Part shown: in pieces, positions 1 to 8,044 of the stretch
How the letters are laid out: every line of letters starts with the position of its first letter
How positions within the stretch are numbered: the first letter of the stretch is position 1
Assembly (NCBI GenBank): GCA_963696935.1
Contig: CAVOMB010000041.1
Span: 9,066 to 73,065 of the forward strand
From: an uncultured Thermoleophilia bacterium
GTDB lineage: Bacteria > Actinomycetota > Thermoleophilia > UBA2241
DNA: 64,000 nt
Reading direction: 5' to 3'
Made by a program: the position numbers and the translations under genes
The notes under the pieces: model-generated
The model's input: the letters and a program-made list of their open reading frames with translations, nothing else
What the model was told of the DNA's origin: nothing
Databases searched by the model: none

Positions 1-247
1 AAATGAGAGGGTAGTGCGCGGCAACGAGGTAGTCGGCGGCGGCGTCGACCGCCGCGTCGAGCGTGGCCGGCTGCCCATCGATGAGCGCCGCCGGATAGTT
101 CGCCTCCGCGCCGTGATGGGTGAACCAAGCTCCGCCCAAAGCGCAGGTGCGCTTCGCTTTGACGATGGCATCTCCCTCGGTATGCACCTCGATGTCGTCG
201 CACACGCAGCCGCAGAACGTACACACTGCATCGGTGACCATCGCCAT
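1..247 (-). CDS. FwdB/FmdB-like molybdo-/tungstopterin oxidoreductase subunit, N-terminal fragment (continues past left edge)
   Basis: Not in the ORF track because no stop lies in the window. My own translation from ATG 247 is MAMVTDAVCTFCGCVCDDIEVHTEGDAIVKAKRTCALGGAWFTHHGAEANYPAALIDGQPATLDAAVDAAADYLVAAHYPLI. The Cys-rich CTFCGCVCDD N-terminus resembles formylmethanofuran dehydrogenase subunit B. AAGGAG lies 7 nt upstream. Confidence 0.6.
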   Translation of the reverse strand, partial: MAMVTDAVCTFCGCVCDDIEVHTEGDAIVKAKRTCALGGAWFTHHGAEANYPAALIDGQPATLDAAVDAAADYLVAAHYPLI

Positions 248-316
248 AGCTCGCTCCTTAGCCGATCAGTCTTCCGGACTCAGCCGGACGCCCGCACGGG
301 GCGCCGCCCTGAATGC

Positions 317-484
317 TCACCCCAAGGCGCCGCCGGGGTGACTGCCACGGACGCGGCGAGGGAGCCACAAGTCGTCTCCGATGTTCTCCCAGGCGAGAAT
401 CTCCTCGCCCTGTGATGAGCCGGGCTCTCCGACAGGTCGTGCCAACCGACTCTCGTCGTGAGCCAGCCTTGTAGATTGCTTCAT
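317..484 (-). CDS. hypothetical small protein (55 aa) between the fwdD-like and fwdB-like genes
   Basis: Internal ATG of ORF 317..604(-): MKQSTRLAHDESRLARPVGEPGSSQGEEILAWENIGDDLW. GAAGGAG lies ~11 nt upstream. No family recognised; it may simply be spacer. Confidence 0.25.
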   Translation of the reverse strand: MKQSTRLAHDESRLARPVGEPGSSQGEEILAWENIGDDLWLPRRVRGSHPGGALG

Positions 485-503
485 GCGCGTCACGCTCCTT
501 CGC

Positions 504-863
504 CTATACCGCGGGCTGGATATACGCCGGCTGATCCGTGGTCGGTTCGACGTCGACCTCCCAGTTCTTCTGCGAGGGCATTCCAGTGCCGCTGGTCTCA
601 CCACTCATGAGCGGACCGGTCGGTGGGCCGTAAGGGACGAAGACCATGCCCCGGGGAATGTCTCCCTCGGCGCACCGGTACACCGTCTCCCCCCACTCAC
701 TGCGCACTCGGACCGACTGGCCGGACGTAAGCCCCATCTCCGCGAGATCCTGCGGGTTCATGTCGAGAGTGCTGACGACCTCGAGATACTCATCTCTGAG
801 CTTGCCCATGTTCTCTTGCTGACCCTGCTTGATCGTGCGCCCGGCTATGAACAGGCAACGCAT
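504..863 (-). CDS. FwdD/FmdD-like molybdopterin-dinucleotide-binding domain protein
   Basis: ORF 504..923(-), with the start moved to ATG 863 (GAAGGAGG 4 nt upstream). MRCLFIAGRTIKQGQ...GMVFVPYGPP...TGMPSQKNWEVDVE matches the ~120-130 aa subunit D pattern of formylmethanofuran dehydrogenases. Confidence 0.65.
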   Translation of the reverse strand: MRCLFIAGRTIKQGQQENMGKLRDEYLEVVSTLDMNPQDLAEMGLTSGQSVRVRSEWGETVYRCAEGDIPRGMVFVPYGPPTGPLMSGETSGTGMPSQKNWEVDVEPTTDQPAYIQPAV

Positions 864-1233
864 AGGACCTCCTTCACGCCGGTTGTGCCGTGAATCTCTT
901 GCCGCGAGGACATGATACCTCATCCGTGTGCCCAGAAGGTCGATGAGAGCACCCTAGCGATTCACCACGCCGGGCGGCCGCTCGGGACGTCGCCGGGCGG
1001 CGGACTACCCTGCCGTCGGCGCGATCGTTGCCTCGGGCGACCGGCGCTGAGCCGCCCATCCTCGCGCGCGTCCCGCGCGCGAGAGAACTCCCGGAGCGCT
1101 TGACATCACCCTGCAGGGGTTAGACGATGCCCATGATGCGGTCGAGCTAATCCGCATCGTGAGAATCTCATCTGGAACCGGGCGCGCTCGGCCGTCGCTC
1201 CCCGTTCCGGCAAGCGACCATGGGGAGGTGGGT

Positions 1234-3831
1234 ATGGCGGAGGACATGAGCACGACCGGTACTTCCGGCGAAACGACCCTCATCCGGGACATCAGCTTCT
1301 GCGGCGTCCCCGAGAACGGGTCCAACGCGTCGATGGTGGACGTCAAGGACGGCAAGATCGTCCGCATCCGCCCGATGCACTACGACTGGAAGTACAAGAA
1401 GGCGGAGCTCAACCCCTGGAAGTTCGAGGTGCGCGGCAGCACCTTCGAGCCCAGCACGAAGACCCTGATCCCGCCGTACAGCATCGCCTACAAGAAGCGC
1501 GTCTACTCTCCCGCGCGCATCCGCTACCCGATGATGCGTGTGGACTTCGACCCCAACGGCGAGCGCAACCCGCAGAACCGCGGCGTGAGCAAGTACAGGC
1601 GCATCTCCTGGGACGAGGCTCTGGACGTCATCACCAGCGAGATGAACCGCATCAAGGAGAAGTACGGCCCGACCGCCCTGCTCTACCAGTGCGACCAGCA
1701 CGGCGAGAACAAGGTCGTGCAGGCCTGCCACGGCGCCGGCCGCAAGCTCCTGCGCGCTTGGGGCGGCTTCACCCTCCAGATCCGCCAGCCCGACAGCTGG
1801 GAAGGCTGGTGGTGGGGCAACAAACACTTCTGGGGCTGCGAGCCCGTCGGCCAGGGCCAGCAGAGCAACCTGCTGTGGGACATCTCCAAGAACGCCGAGC
1901 TCCTGCTGTTCTGGGGCTGCGACCAGGAGACGACCCCGTGGGGCTGGCAGGGCCAGCTCCCCAGCCGCCTGAGCTACTGGTGGAGTGAGATCGGCATCAA
2001 GCAGATCTACGTCTGCCCCGACCTCAACTACGCCGCCGCCGTGCACGCCGACCGGTGGATCCCGGTGCTTCCCAACACGGACGCCGCACTCTACCTGGCG
2101 ATCACGCACCGCTGGTTCAAGCAGGGCACCTACGACAAGGAGTACCTCGACACCCACGCCGTTGGCGTCGACAAGTACGAGGCCTACGTCATGGGCGAGA
2201 CCGACGGCGTCGCGAAGTCGCCGGAGTGGGCGGAGCCCATCTGCGGCGTCAAGGCGCGCGTCATCAAAGCCCTCGCCGACGAGTGGGCGAGCAAACGCAC
2301 CACGGTCGTCATCGGCAACGGCGGCCCCGGCATCCGCGGCCCCTACGCCACCGAGCCGGCGCGCCTGCAGGGCATCTGCCTCGCCATGCAGGGCCTCGGC
2401 AAGCCGGGTCAGAACCAGGCCAAGATGATCGAGTGGGGCCTGTTCGACAAGCCCGACCAGTACGCCCAGCCCAAGCCGCTGCGCGTACCGTACCTGCGCA
2501 AGGCCTACACCGGCGGCCACCCGGACGAGAGCAACCACCCGTCGTTCATCCCCAAGACGTACGTCCCCAGGGCGATCCTCGAGGGCGAGTGCGACTGGTG
2601 GGGCTGCGAGTCCGAGACCGCCGACCGCGTCAACCAGTTCGAGCACTACAAGTACCCGGCCGACGGCTGCTCGAAGGTCCACATGGTGTGGACCGACTCG
2701 CCGAGCTGGATCACCTGCTGGAACGCGGGCAACGACTACGTGGAGTCCATGCGCCACCCGGACATCGAGTTCATGTTCGCGCAGCACCCGTGGCTCGAGA
2801 ACGACTGCCTGTTGGCCGACGTCATCCTCCCCGTCAACACCAAGCTCGAAGAGGACGACATCGCGGGCGACATCTTCAGCGGCCAGACCAACCTGCTCTT
2901 TCCCGAACACAAGTGCGTGGAGCCCCTCGGCGAGAGCTTCAGCGACTACGAGATCGTCGTCATGCTCTCCGAGCGCCTCGGCCTCAAAGAGGAGTACACC
3001 GGCGGCAAGACCATCCCCGAGCTCATCAAGTACGGGTACGAGACCTCGCGCTGCGAGGACCTCATCACCTGGGACGAGCTCAACGAGAAGGGCTATTACG
3101 CGGTGCCGACGGATGAGGGCTGGGAGGACATCCCGGCCGGGTTCTACAACTTCTACAAGGACCCGGAAAAGTACCCGCTCACCACGCCGACCGGCAAGCT
3201 GGAGTTCGAGGCGTCGGGCCTTCTCGAGAACTTCCCGGACGACCTCGAGCGGCCGCCGGTCCCCGGCTGGGTCGCCCAAGGCATCAGCCACGAGGAGACC
3301 ATCGGTACGGAGCGCGCCAAGAAGTATCCGATGCTCACCATCTCCAACCACCCGCGGTGGAGCGTCCACTCGCAGCACGAGGACATCACGTGGCTGCGTG
3401 AGATCGAGACCTGCAAGGTCACCGGTCCGGACGGCTACCAGTACCACCCGGTCTGGCTGCACCCGTCGACCGCCGAGAAGCACGGCATCAAGAACGGCGA
3501 CGTGGTCACCATCTTCAACGACCGCGGCGCCGTGCTCTCCGGCGCCTACATCACCGAGCGCATCATGCCGGACGTCGTGTACATCGACCACGGCGCCAAG
3601 TGGGACCCGATCGTCCCCGGCGAGCTCGACCGTGGCGGAGCGATCAACACCATCGTGCCGCGCAGCACCACCTCGAAGAACGCCGTCGGCCACGCGGTCA
3701 GCGGCTTCCTCGTGGACATCGAGAAGACCGACATGGAAGCACTGAAAGCCAAGTATCCGGAAGCGTTCGAGAAGCCGTTCCACCCGTGTGCGGGACCCGG
3801 CTTGGAAGCCTGCATCTGGGGGAGGGCGTGA
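1234..3831 (+). CDS. pyrogallol hydroxytransferase (transhydroxylase) large-subunit-like bis-MGD molybdoenzyme; no twin-arginine signal
   Basis: ORF 1159..3831(+), start set at ATG 1234 (GGGGAGGTGGGT upstream). As I recall it, the motifs RISWDEALDVITSEMNRIKEKYGP and PDSWEGWWWGNKHFWG closely resemble Pelobacter AthL. About 865 aa. The N-terminus MAEDMSTTGTSGETT lacks an RR motif. Confidence 0.75.
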   Translation: MAEDMSTTGTSGETTLIRDISFCGVPENGSNASMVDVKDGKIVRIRPMHYDWKYKKAELNPWKFEVRGSTFEPSTKTLIPPYSIAYKKRVYSPARIRYPMMRVDFDPNGERNPQNRGVSKYRRISWDEALDVITSEMNRIKEKYGPTALLYQCDQHGENKVVQACHGAGRKLLRAWGGFTLQIRQPDSWEGWWWGNKHFWGCEPVGQGQQSNLLWDISKNAELLLFWGCDQETTPWGWQGQLPSRLSYWWSEIGIKQIYVCPDLNYAAAVHADRWIPVLPNTDAALYLAITHRWFKQGTYDKEYLDTHAVGVDKYEAYVMGETDGVAKSPEWAEPICGVKARVIKALADEWASKRTTVVIGNGGPGIRGPYATEPARLQGICLAMQGLGKPGQNQAKMIEWGLFDKPDQYAQPKPLRVPYLRKAYTGGHPDESNHPSFIPKTYVPRAILEGECDWWGCESETADRVNQFEHYKYPADGCSKVHMVWTDSPSWITCWNAGNDYVESMRHPDIEFMFAQHPWLENDCLLADVILPVNTKLEEDDIAGDIFSGQTNLLFPEHKCVEPLGESFSDYEIVVMLSERLGLKEEYTGGKTIPELIKYGYETSRCEDLITWDELNEKGYYAVPTDEGWEDIPAGFYNFYKDPEKYPLTTPTGKLEFEASGLLENFPDDLERPPVPGWVAQGISHEETIGTERAKKYPMLTISNHPRWSVHSQHEDITWLREIETCKVTGPDGYQYHPVWLHPSTAEKHGIKNGDVVTIFNDRGAVLSGAYITERIMPDVVYIDHGAKWDPIVPGELDRGGAINTIVPRSTTSKNAVGHAVSGFLVDIEKTDMEALKAKYPEAFEKPFHPCAGPGLEACIWGRA

Positions 3832-4658
3832 TGGGTAAGGTCCTCGTCATCGACTACACCATCTGCAACGGCTGCTACAACTGCCAGGTGGCCTGCAAGG
3901 ACGAGCACGTCGGCAACGACTGGTCGCCCATCGCCAAGCCGCAGCCGGACACCGGCCAGTTCTGGAACAAGATCGACGACATGGTGCGCGGCCAGGTGCC
4001 CAAGGTGAAGGTCACCTACCTGCACAGCATCTGCCAGCACTGCGACGACGCGCCCTGCATCCCGGCGTGCAACGTCGACGCGATCTACCAGCGCCAGGAC
4101 GGGGCCGTGGTCATCGACCCCGACAAGTGCCGCGGCAACCAGCTGTGCATGGAAGCGTGCCCCTACGACAACGTCATCTACTTCAACGACTCGCTGAACA
4201 TCGCCCAGAAGTGCACGTTCTGCGCGCACCTCCTGGACGACGGCTGGACCGAGCCGCGCTGCGTGGACGCCTGCCCAACCGGGGCGTTCCGGTTCGGCGA
4301 CGAGAACGACCCCGAGATCCAGGCGCTCATCACCAGGGCCGAGGCGCTCAAGCCGGAGCTCGACGTCAAGCCGCGCGTGTACCACATCGGCCTTCCCAAG
4401 CCGTTCATCGCCGGCGCCGTGTTCGACAGCGAGGCCGACGAGTGCACCGGCGACGCCAGGGTCACGGCCCAGAAGGTCGGCAACGGCAAGGTGTATGAGG
4501 CCGTCACCGACAGCTACGGCGACTTCTGGCTCAACGACGTGGAGCCCGGCGAGTACACGGTGCTCGTGGAGAAGGACGGCTACCTGCCCCAGAAGCTGGG
4601 CCCGGTGGACGCCACCAAGGACGTCAACGTCGGCGACATCGCCGTCTGGAAGAAGTAA
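3831..4658 (+). CDS. transhydroxylase small-subunit-like protein: multi-[4Fe-4S] ferredoxin domain plus C-terminal carboxypeptidase-regulatory-like beta domain
   Basis: ATG 3831 overlaps the upstream TGA (TGATG). It has Cys clusters CNGCYNCQVACKDEH, CQHCDDAPCIPAC, CRGNQLCMEACP and CTFCAHLLDDGWTEPRCVDACP. The C-terminal segment YEAVTDSYGDFWLNDVEPGEYTVLVEKDGY resembles the BthL architecture. Confidence 0.75.
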   Translation: MGKVLVIDYTICNGCYNCQVACKDEHVGNDWSPIAKPQPDTGQFWNKIDDMVRGQVPKVKVTYLHSICQHCDDAPCIPACNVDAIYQRQDGAVVIDPDKCRGNQLCMEACPYDNVIYFNDSLNIAQKCTFCAHLLDDGWTEPRCVDACPTGAFRFGDENDPEIQALITRAEALKPELDVKPRVYHIGLPKPFIAGAVFDSEADECTGDARVTAQKVGNGKVYEAVTDSYGDFWLNDVEPGEYTVLVEKDGYLPQKLGPVDATKDVNVGDIAVWKK

Positions 4659-4704
4659 GGGCAGCTCTGTCCGTCAGGCGCTGGAAGCGTGCCTGACCCG
4701 GGCA

Positions 4705-4750
4705 GACGCGCGAAGGGCCGGGTCCCTGGGGACCCGGCCCTTCGCGCGTC
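4705..4750 (+). terminator. perfect 21-bp-arm hairpin after the Mo-enzyme pair
   Basis: gacgcgcgaagggccgggtcc-ctgg-ggacccggcccttcgcgcgtc, read directly. There is no T-tract, which is common in high-GC genomes. Confidence 0.5.
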
Positions 4751-4881
4751 CGGGGCCGGCGGGCGCCCGCCACGGCGGGAGCTTGATTGCCGGGGAGGCA
4801 GGCCCTACAGTGTGAAGTGCGACAGCGTCAACGGCTGCGCGTACCGCAGCCGCGGCGCGTGGAGAGACGGGAGACTAGGAC

Positions 4882-5094
4882 ATGCCAAACCTCGGTGCAC
4901 CAGAACTCATCATCATCGCTCTGGTGATTCTGCTGCTCTTCGGCGCGACACGGCTGCCGAAGCTCGGCAAGTCGATGGGCCAGAGCATCAAGGGGTTCAA
5001 GGACGGCCTCAGCGAGGCATCCGAAGACGACGACATCGTGGACATCAAGAAGGACGCCACGGCCGAGTCCAAGGACGACGCCAAGGCCTCCTGA
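4882..5094 (+). CDS. tatA: twin-arginine translocase subunit TatA/E
   Basis: 70 aa. MPNLGAPELIIIALVILLLFGATRLPKLGKSMGQSIKGFK is the classic TatA TM plus amphipathic helix, followed by an acidic tail. Confidence 0.9.
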   Translation: MPNLGAPELIIIALVILLLFGATRLPKLGKSMGQSIKGFKDGLSEASEDDDIVDIKKDATAESKDDAKAS

Positions 5095-5115
5095 GTCACG
5101 CGGCAGAGAACATGC

Positions 5116-5140
5116 GACGGCCCGCCTCCGGCGGGCCGTC
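5116..5140. terminator. GC hairpin between convergent tatA and ispF
   Basis: gacggcccgcc-tcc-ggcgggccgtc, followed by gtcgtt. Confidence 0.4.
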
Positions 5141-5192
5141 GTCGTTAAGACACCGGCCCGCGGGGCCGCCCGGCCCGCGGGGACCGCGGACC

Positions 5193-5666
5193 TCAGCGGC
5201 TGAGCAGGCAGACGGCGTGGGCGGCGATGCCCTCCCCACGCCCCTCGAAGCCCATGCCCTCGGTGGTGGTCGCCTTGACGCTCACGGCGTCGCTGCCCAC
5301 CCTGAGCGCCCCCGCGATCCGCTCGCGCATCTCCAGGCGGTATCCGGAAAGCCGCGGCCGCTCGCACACGATGGTCACGTCGGCGTTCTCGAAGCACCAG
5401 CCGGCGTTGGAAAGCCAGGCCACCACCCGCTCGAGCAGCAGCATGCTGGACGCGCCCTCGAAGGCGGGGTCGGTGTCGGGGAACAGCTCGCCGATGTCGC
5501 CGAGGCCGGCGGCGCCGAGCAGGGCATCCATGAGCGCGTGCACGGCGACGTCGGCGTCGGAGTGCCCGGCCAGGCCCTGCGCGTGGTCGATGCCGACCCC
5601 GCAAAGCACGAGGTCGCGCCCGTCGGCGAAGCGATGTGCGTCGTAGCCGCCGCCGACCCTATACGT
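5193..5666 (-). CDS. ispF: 2-C-methyl-D-erythritol 2,4-cyclodiphosphate synthase; conserved N-terminus has no canonical start codon
   Basis: ORF 5193..5609(-) begins at an internal GTG. The same frame upstream reads T-Y-R-V-G-G-G-Y-D-A-H-R-F, which aligns with the MRIGHGFDVHAF-type N-terminus carrying the Zn ligands. The only start-like codon is ACG at 5664..5666, overlapping the ispD stop. Confidence 0.8.
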   Translation of the reverse strand, partial: TYRVGGGYDAHRFADGRDLVLCGVGIDHAQGLAGHSDADVAVHALMDALLGAAGLGDIGELFPDTDPAFEGASSMLLLERVVAWLSNAGWCFENADVTIVCERPRLSGYRLEMRERIAGALRVGSDAVSVKATTTEGMGFEGRGEGIAAHAVCLLSR

Positions 5667-6375
5667 CTTTCTCGACCTCCCAGGACAGCAGCGCGCCGGC
5701 GAGCGGCAGGTCTGCGGGCGTCGTGATCTTGACGTTGGCCGGTGTGGACGGGACGAGCGCTACCGTGTAGGCGGCGCGCTCGAGCAGCATGGCGTCGTCG
5801 GTGGCCCCGTTCAGGTCGGTGCGCTTGTACACGTCGCGCAGGGCCGCGGCGCGGAACACTTGTGGGGTCTGCGCCGCCCACAGGCCGGCGCGGTCCACGG
5901 TACCCGCCACCGCGCCGCCGTCGCCCTCGCGCTTGAGCGTGTCGCTGACTTCGACGGCCGGCACGGCGCCGTCGGCCGTCGCGAGCACTTCCAGGCAGTG
6001 CTCGAACACGTGCCTGGCGAAGAGCGGCCGGGCGCCGTCGTGCACGGCTATGGCCGTGGCGCTCTGCGGCACCAGTTCGAGGCCGGCGCGCACCGAGTCG
6101 GAGCGCGTGGTGCCGCCCTCCGCCACCAGCAGCGGCTTGGAGTCGTCGAAGAGGCTCAGCTCGTTGGAGAAGCGCACCGTGTGCGACGGATGCAGCACGA
6201 CGACGATGCCGTGGACGCAGTCCATGGCGAGCAGGCGCTCCACCGAGTGCGACAGGATGGTCTCGCCGCCCAGACGCAGGAACTGCTTGGACTCTCCGTC
6301 CGGCAGCCCCATCCTCCGGCTCTCACCGGCGGCGGCGACGATGACCCAGGTCTCCGCGGCTTGCTGGTCCTCCAT
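5659..6375 (-). CDS. ispD: 2-C-methyl-D-erythritol 4-phosphate cytidylyltransferase
   Basis: 238 aa. VIVAAAGESRRMG...KQFLRLGGETIL is the typical IspD signature. It ends with TAG. Confidence 0.9.
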   Translation of the reverse strand: MEDQQAAETWVIVAAAGESRRMGLPDGESKQFLRLGGETILSHSVERLLAMDCVHGIVVVLHPSHTVRFSNELSLFDDSKPLLVAEGGTTRSDSVRAGLELVPQSATAIAVHDGARPLFARHVFEHCLEVLATADGAVPAVEVSDTLKREGDGGAVAGTVDRAGLWAAQTPQVFRAAALRDVYKRTDLNGATDDAMLLERAAYTVALVPSTPANVKITTPADLPLAGALLSWEVEKDV

Positions 6376-6394
6376 GCCCGTACCTCTCTCCCTG

Positions 6395-7273
6395 TCAGTT
6401 GCCAGCCGGCGGAGCGGCGCTCACGCGGCTGAAGATCATCTTGCCCGAGGGACTCTGCAGCACACTGGTCACCTCGGCCTTGACAAGCGAGCCCACCAGG
6501 CCGCTGCCGGACTCGACGACGATCATGGTGCCGTCGTCGAGGTAGCCGACGCCCTGGTCCTGCTCGCGCCCTTCTCTCAGGATCTTGACTTCGATGACCT
6601 CGCCCGGCAGCACGGCCGGCTTGACCGAGTTGGCGAGGTCGTTGACGTTGAGGAGCTTGACGCCCTGGATCTCGGCGACCTTCTTGAGCGTGTAATCGGT
6701 GCTCACGATCTGGGCGCCGGTGTCCTTGGCGAAGCGCACGAGCTTGGCGTCGACGGCATCGATGTCCGCATAGTCCGTGCCGTCGATGGTAACGGCGCCC
6801 GAGCTGTTCTGCAGGCGCTTGACGAAGTCGAGCCCGCGGCGGCCGCGCACGCGCTTCTCCGCGTCCGCGGAGTCGGCGAGCCGCTGCAACTCCTCGACGA
6901 CGAAGCGCGGCACGAGCAACTCTCCCTCGACGAACCCGGTGTCGATGATGTCCAGGATGCGCCCGTCGATGATGGCGCTGGAGTCGAGGAGCTTGGCCGG
7001 CGTGAGGCCCGGGATGACCTCGAACGCGCCGCGCACGCCGAGCAGCCGCAGGATCTCGATGTGCTTCTTGGCGGCGAGATACGCGGTGAAGTACCCGGCG
7101 AGCAGGTAGATCGGCACCGTGAGGTAGGGCCCCACGATGGGGATGCGCACGAGGGCGACGCTGATGAGGGTGGCGATGAAGAGGCCGACCACCACGCCGC
7201 CGATGCCGACGACGACCTCGGCGCCCGTGGCGCGCACCATGACCTCGTCCACACGGTCGAGGCCGCGGCGCAT
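6395..7273 (-). CDS. PIN/TRAM-domain membrane protein (YacL-like), intact-ORF portion; the N-terminal TM region continues upstream in another frame
   Basis: 292 aa with two TM segments, a PIN domain (LLDSSAIIDGRILDI...GELLVPRFVVEELQ) and a C-terminal TRAM-like domain. It sits between carD and ispD, as yacL does in Firmicutes. See the finding on the frameshift near 7378-7392. Confidence 0.8.
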   Translation of the reverse strand: MRRGLDRVDEVMVRATGAEVVVGIGGVVVGLFIATLISVALVRIPIVGPYLTVPIYLLAGYFTAYLAAKKHIEILRLLGVRGAFEVIPGLTPAKLLDSSAIIDGRILDIIDTGFVEGELLVPRFVVEELQRLADSADAEKRVRGRRGLDFVKRLQNSSGAVTIDGTDYADIDAVDAKLVRFAKDTGAQIVSTDYTLKKVAEIQGVKLLNVNDLANSVKPAVLPGEVIEVKILREGREQDQGVGYLDDGTMIVVESGSGLVGSLVKAEVTSVLQSPSGKMIFSRVSAAPPAGN

Positions 7274-7501
7274 GAGGCGCGAGATGAGGACGCCCAGCAG
7301 GTAGCCGACAAGAAGGCCCGCCGCGGTGAAGACGACGAGCCAGATGATCTTACCGTCCTGGTCGAGGACGGAGAGAACGACGACGCGCGGACCCGGTCGG
7401 CCAGCTGGTACCCGACGAGGGCGCCGAGCAGCGCGAAGACCGCGCGGATGGCAGGCTGCAGGACGCCGCGCGCCCGGCGCGGCTTGCCGCCCGCGCCGGG
7501 C

Positions 7502-8044
7502 TCAGACGACGGGAGCGGGCTCTCGGGAGTCGTCGGCGTCGGCAAGAGCGGGTCCGTCCACGTGGATGTCCTCGAGCACGGTCTCCAGGAACGCGTTCGC
7601 CTCGTCCTCGTCGAAGTCCCGCGCGTACATGAGCTCGCTGGCGAGGATCTTCTTGGCCTTGGAGAACATCTGCTTCTCACCGGTCGACAGCCCCTTGTCG
7701 GCGTGGCGGATGGCCAGATTGCGGACCACCTCGGCGACCTCGAAGATGTCTCCGGTCTTGAGCTTGTCGCGGTTGTGTTTGTAGCGACGGCTCCAGTTCT
7801 TGGGCATCTTGGTGGGGTCGCCGCGCAGGACCTCGAGGACCCTGTCGACGACGTCGCTCTCGATGACCTTGCGCAGGCCGGCGCGATCGGCGTTCTCGAC
7901 GGGGACCATGACGGTCATGTCGTTGTGCAGGATCTGGATGGTGAGGTAGTCGCGCCGCTGGCCGAGCACTTCTTTCTGCTCGATATTCATGATCTTGCCA
8001 GCGCCGTGGTGCGGATAGACGACCTTGTCTCCGACTGAATACAT
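7502..8044 (-). CDS. carD: CarD/CdnL-family RNA-polymerase-binding transcription regulator
   Basis: Start at ATG 8044 (MYSVGDKVVYPHHGAGKI...), overlapping the radA stop as TGATG. Confidence 0.9.
   Translation of the reverse strand: MYSVGDKVVYPHHGAGKIMNIEQKEVLGQRRDYLTIQILHNDMTVMVPVENADRAGLRKVIESDVVDRVLEVLRGDPTKMPKNWSRRYKHNRDKLKTGDIFEVAEVVRNLAIRHADKGLSTGEKQMFSKAKKILASELMYARDFDEDEANAFLETVLEDIHVDGPALADADDSREPAPVV

Noticed and set aside
1-247. A selenocysteine (in-frame TGA) in the FwdB-like or other Mo/W enzymes.
   Set aside because: Only 82 codons of the FwdB-like gene are in the window and they contain no TGA. The AthL-like and AOR genes are uninterrupted. Nothing here supports recoding.
1168-3783. 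Very long antisense or alternative-frame ORFs throughout the window, for example 1168..3783(-), 5789..8038(+), 9480..12188(+), 14905..16653(+), 17517..19568(+), 28608..30803(+), 34307..35929(+) and 38624..40606(+).
   Set aside because: They mirror well-supported genes on the opposite strand. They are dominated by Arg, Ala, Gly, Pro, Asp and Val, as expected for stop-poor frames in high-GC DNA. They also lack RBS-supported starts and any recognisable motifs.
5193-6375. A frameshifted bifunctional ispDF fusion.
   Set aside because: IspD homology ends normally at its TAG, and IspF homology begins at its residue 1 exactly at the overlap. That is the geometry of two coupled genes rather than a broken fusion. 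The anomaly is the missing start codon (ACG), not a frameshift.
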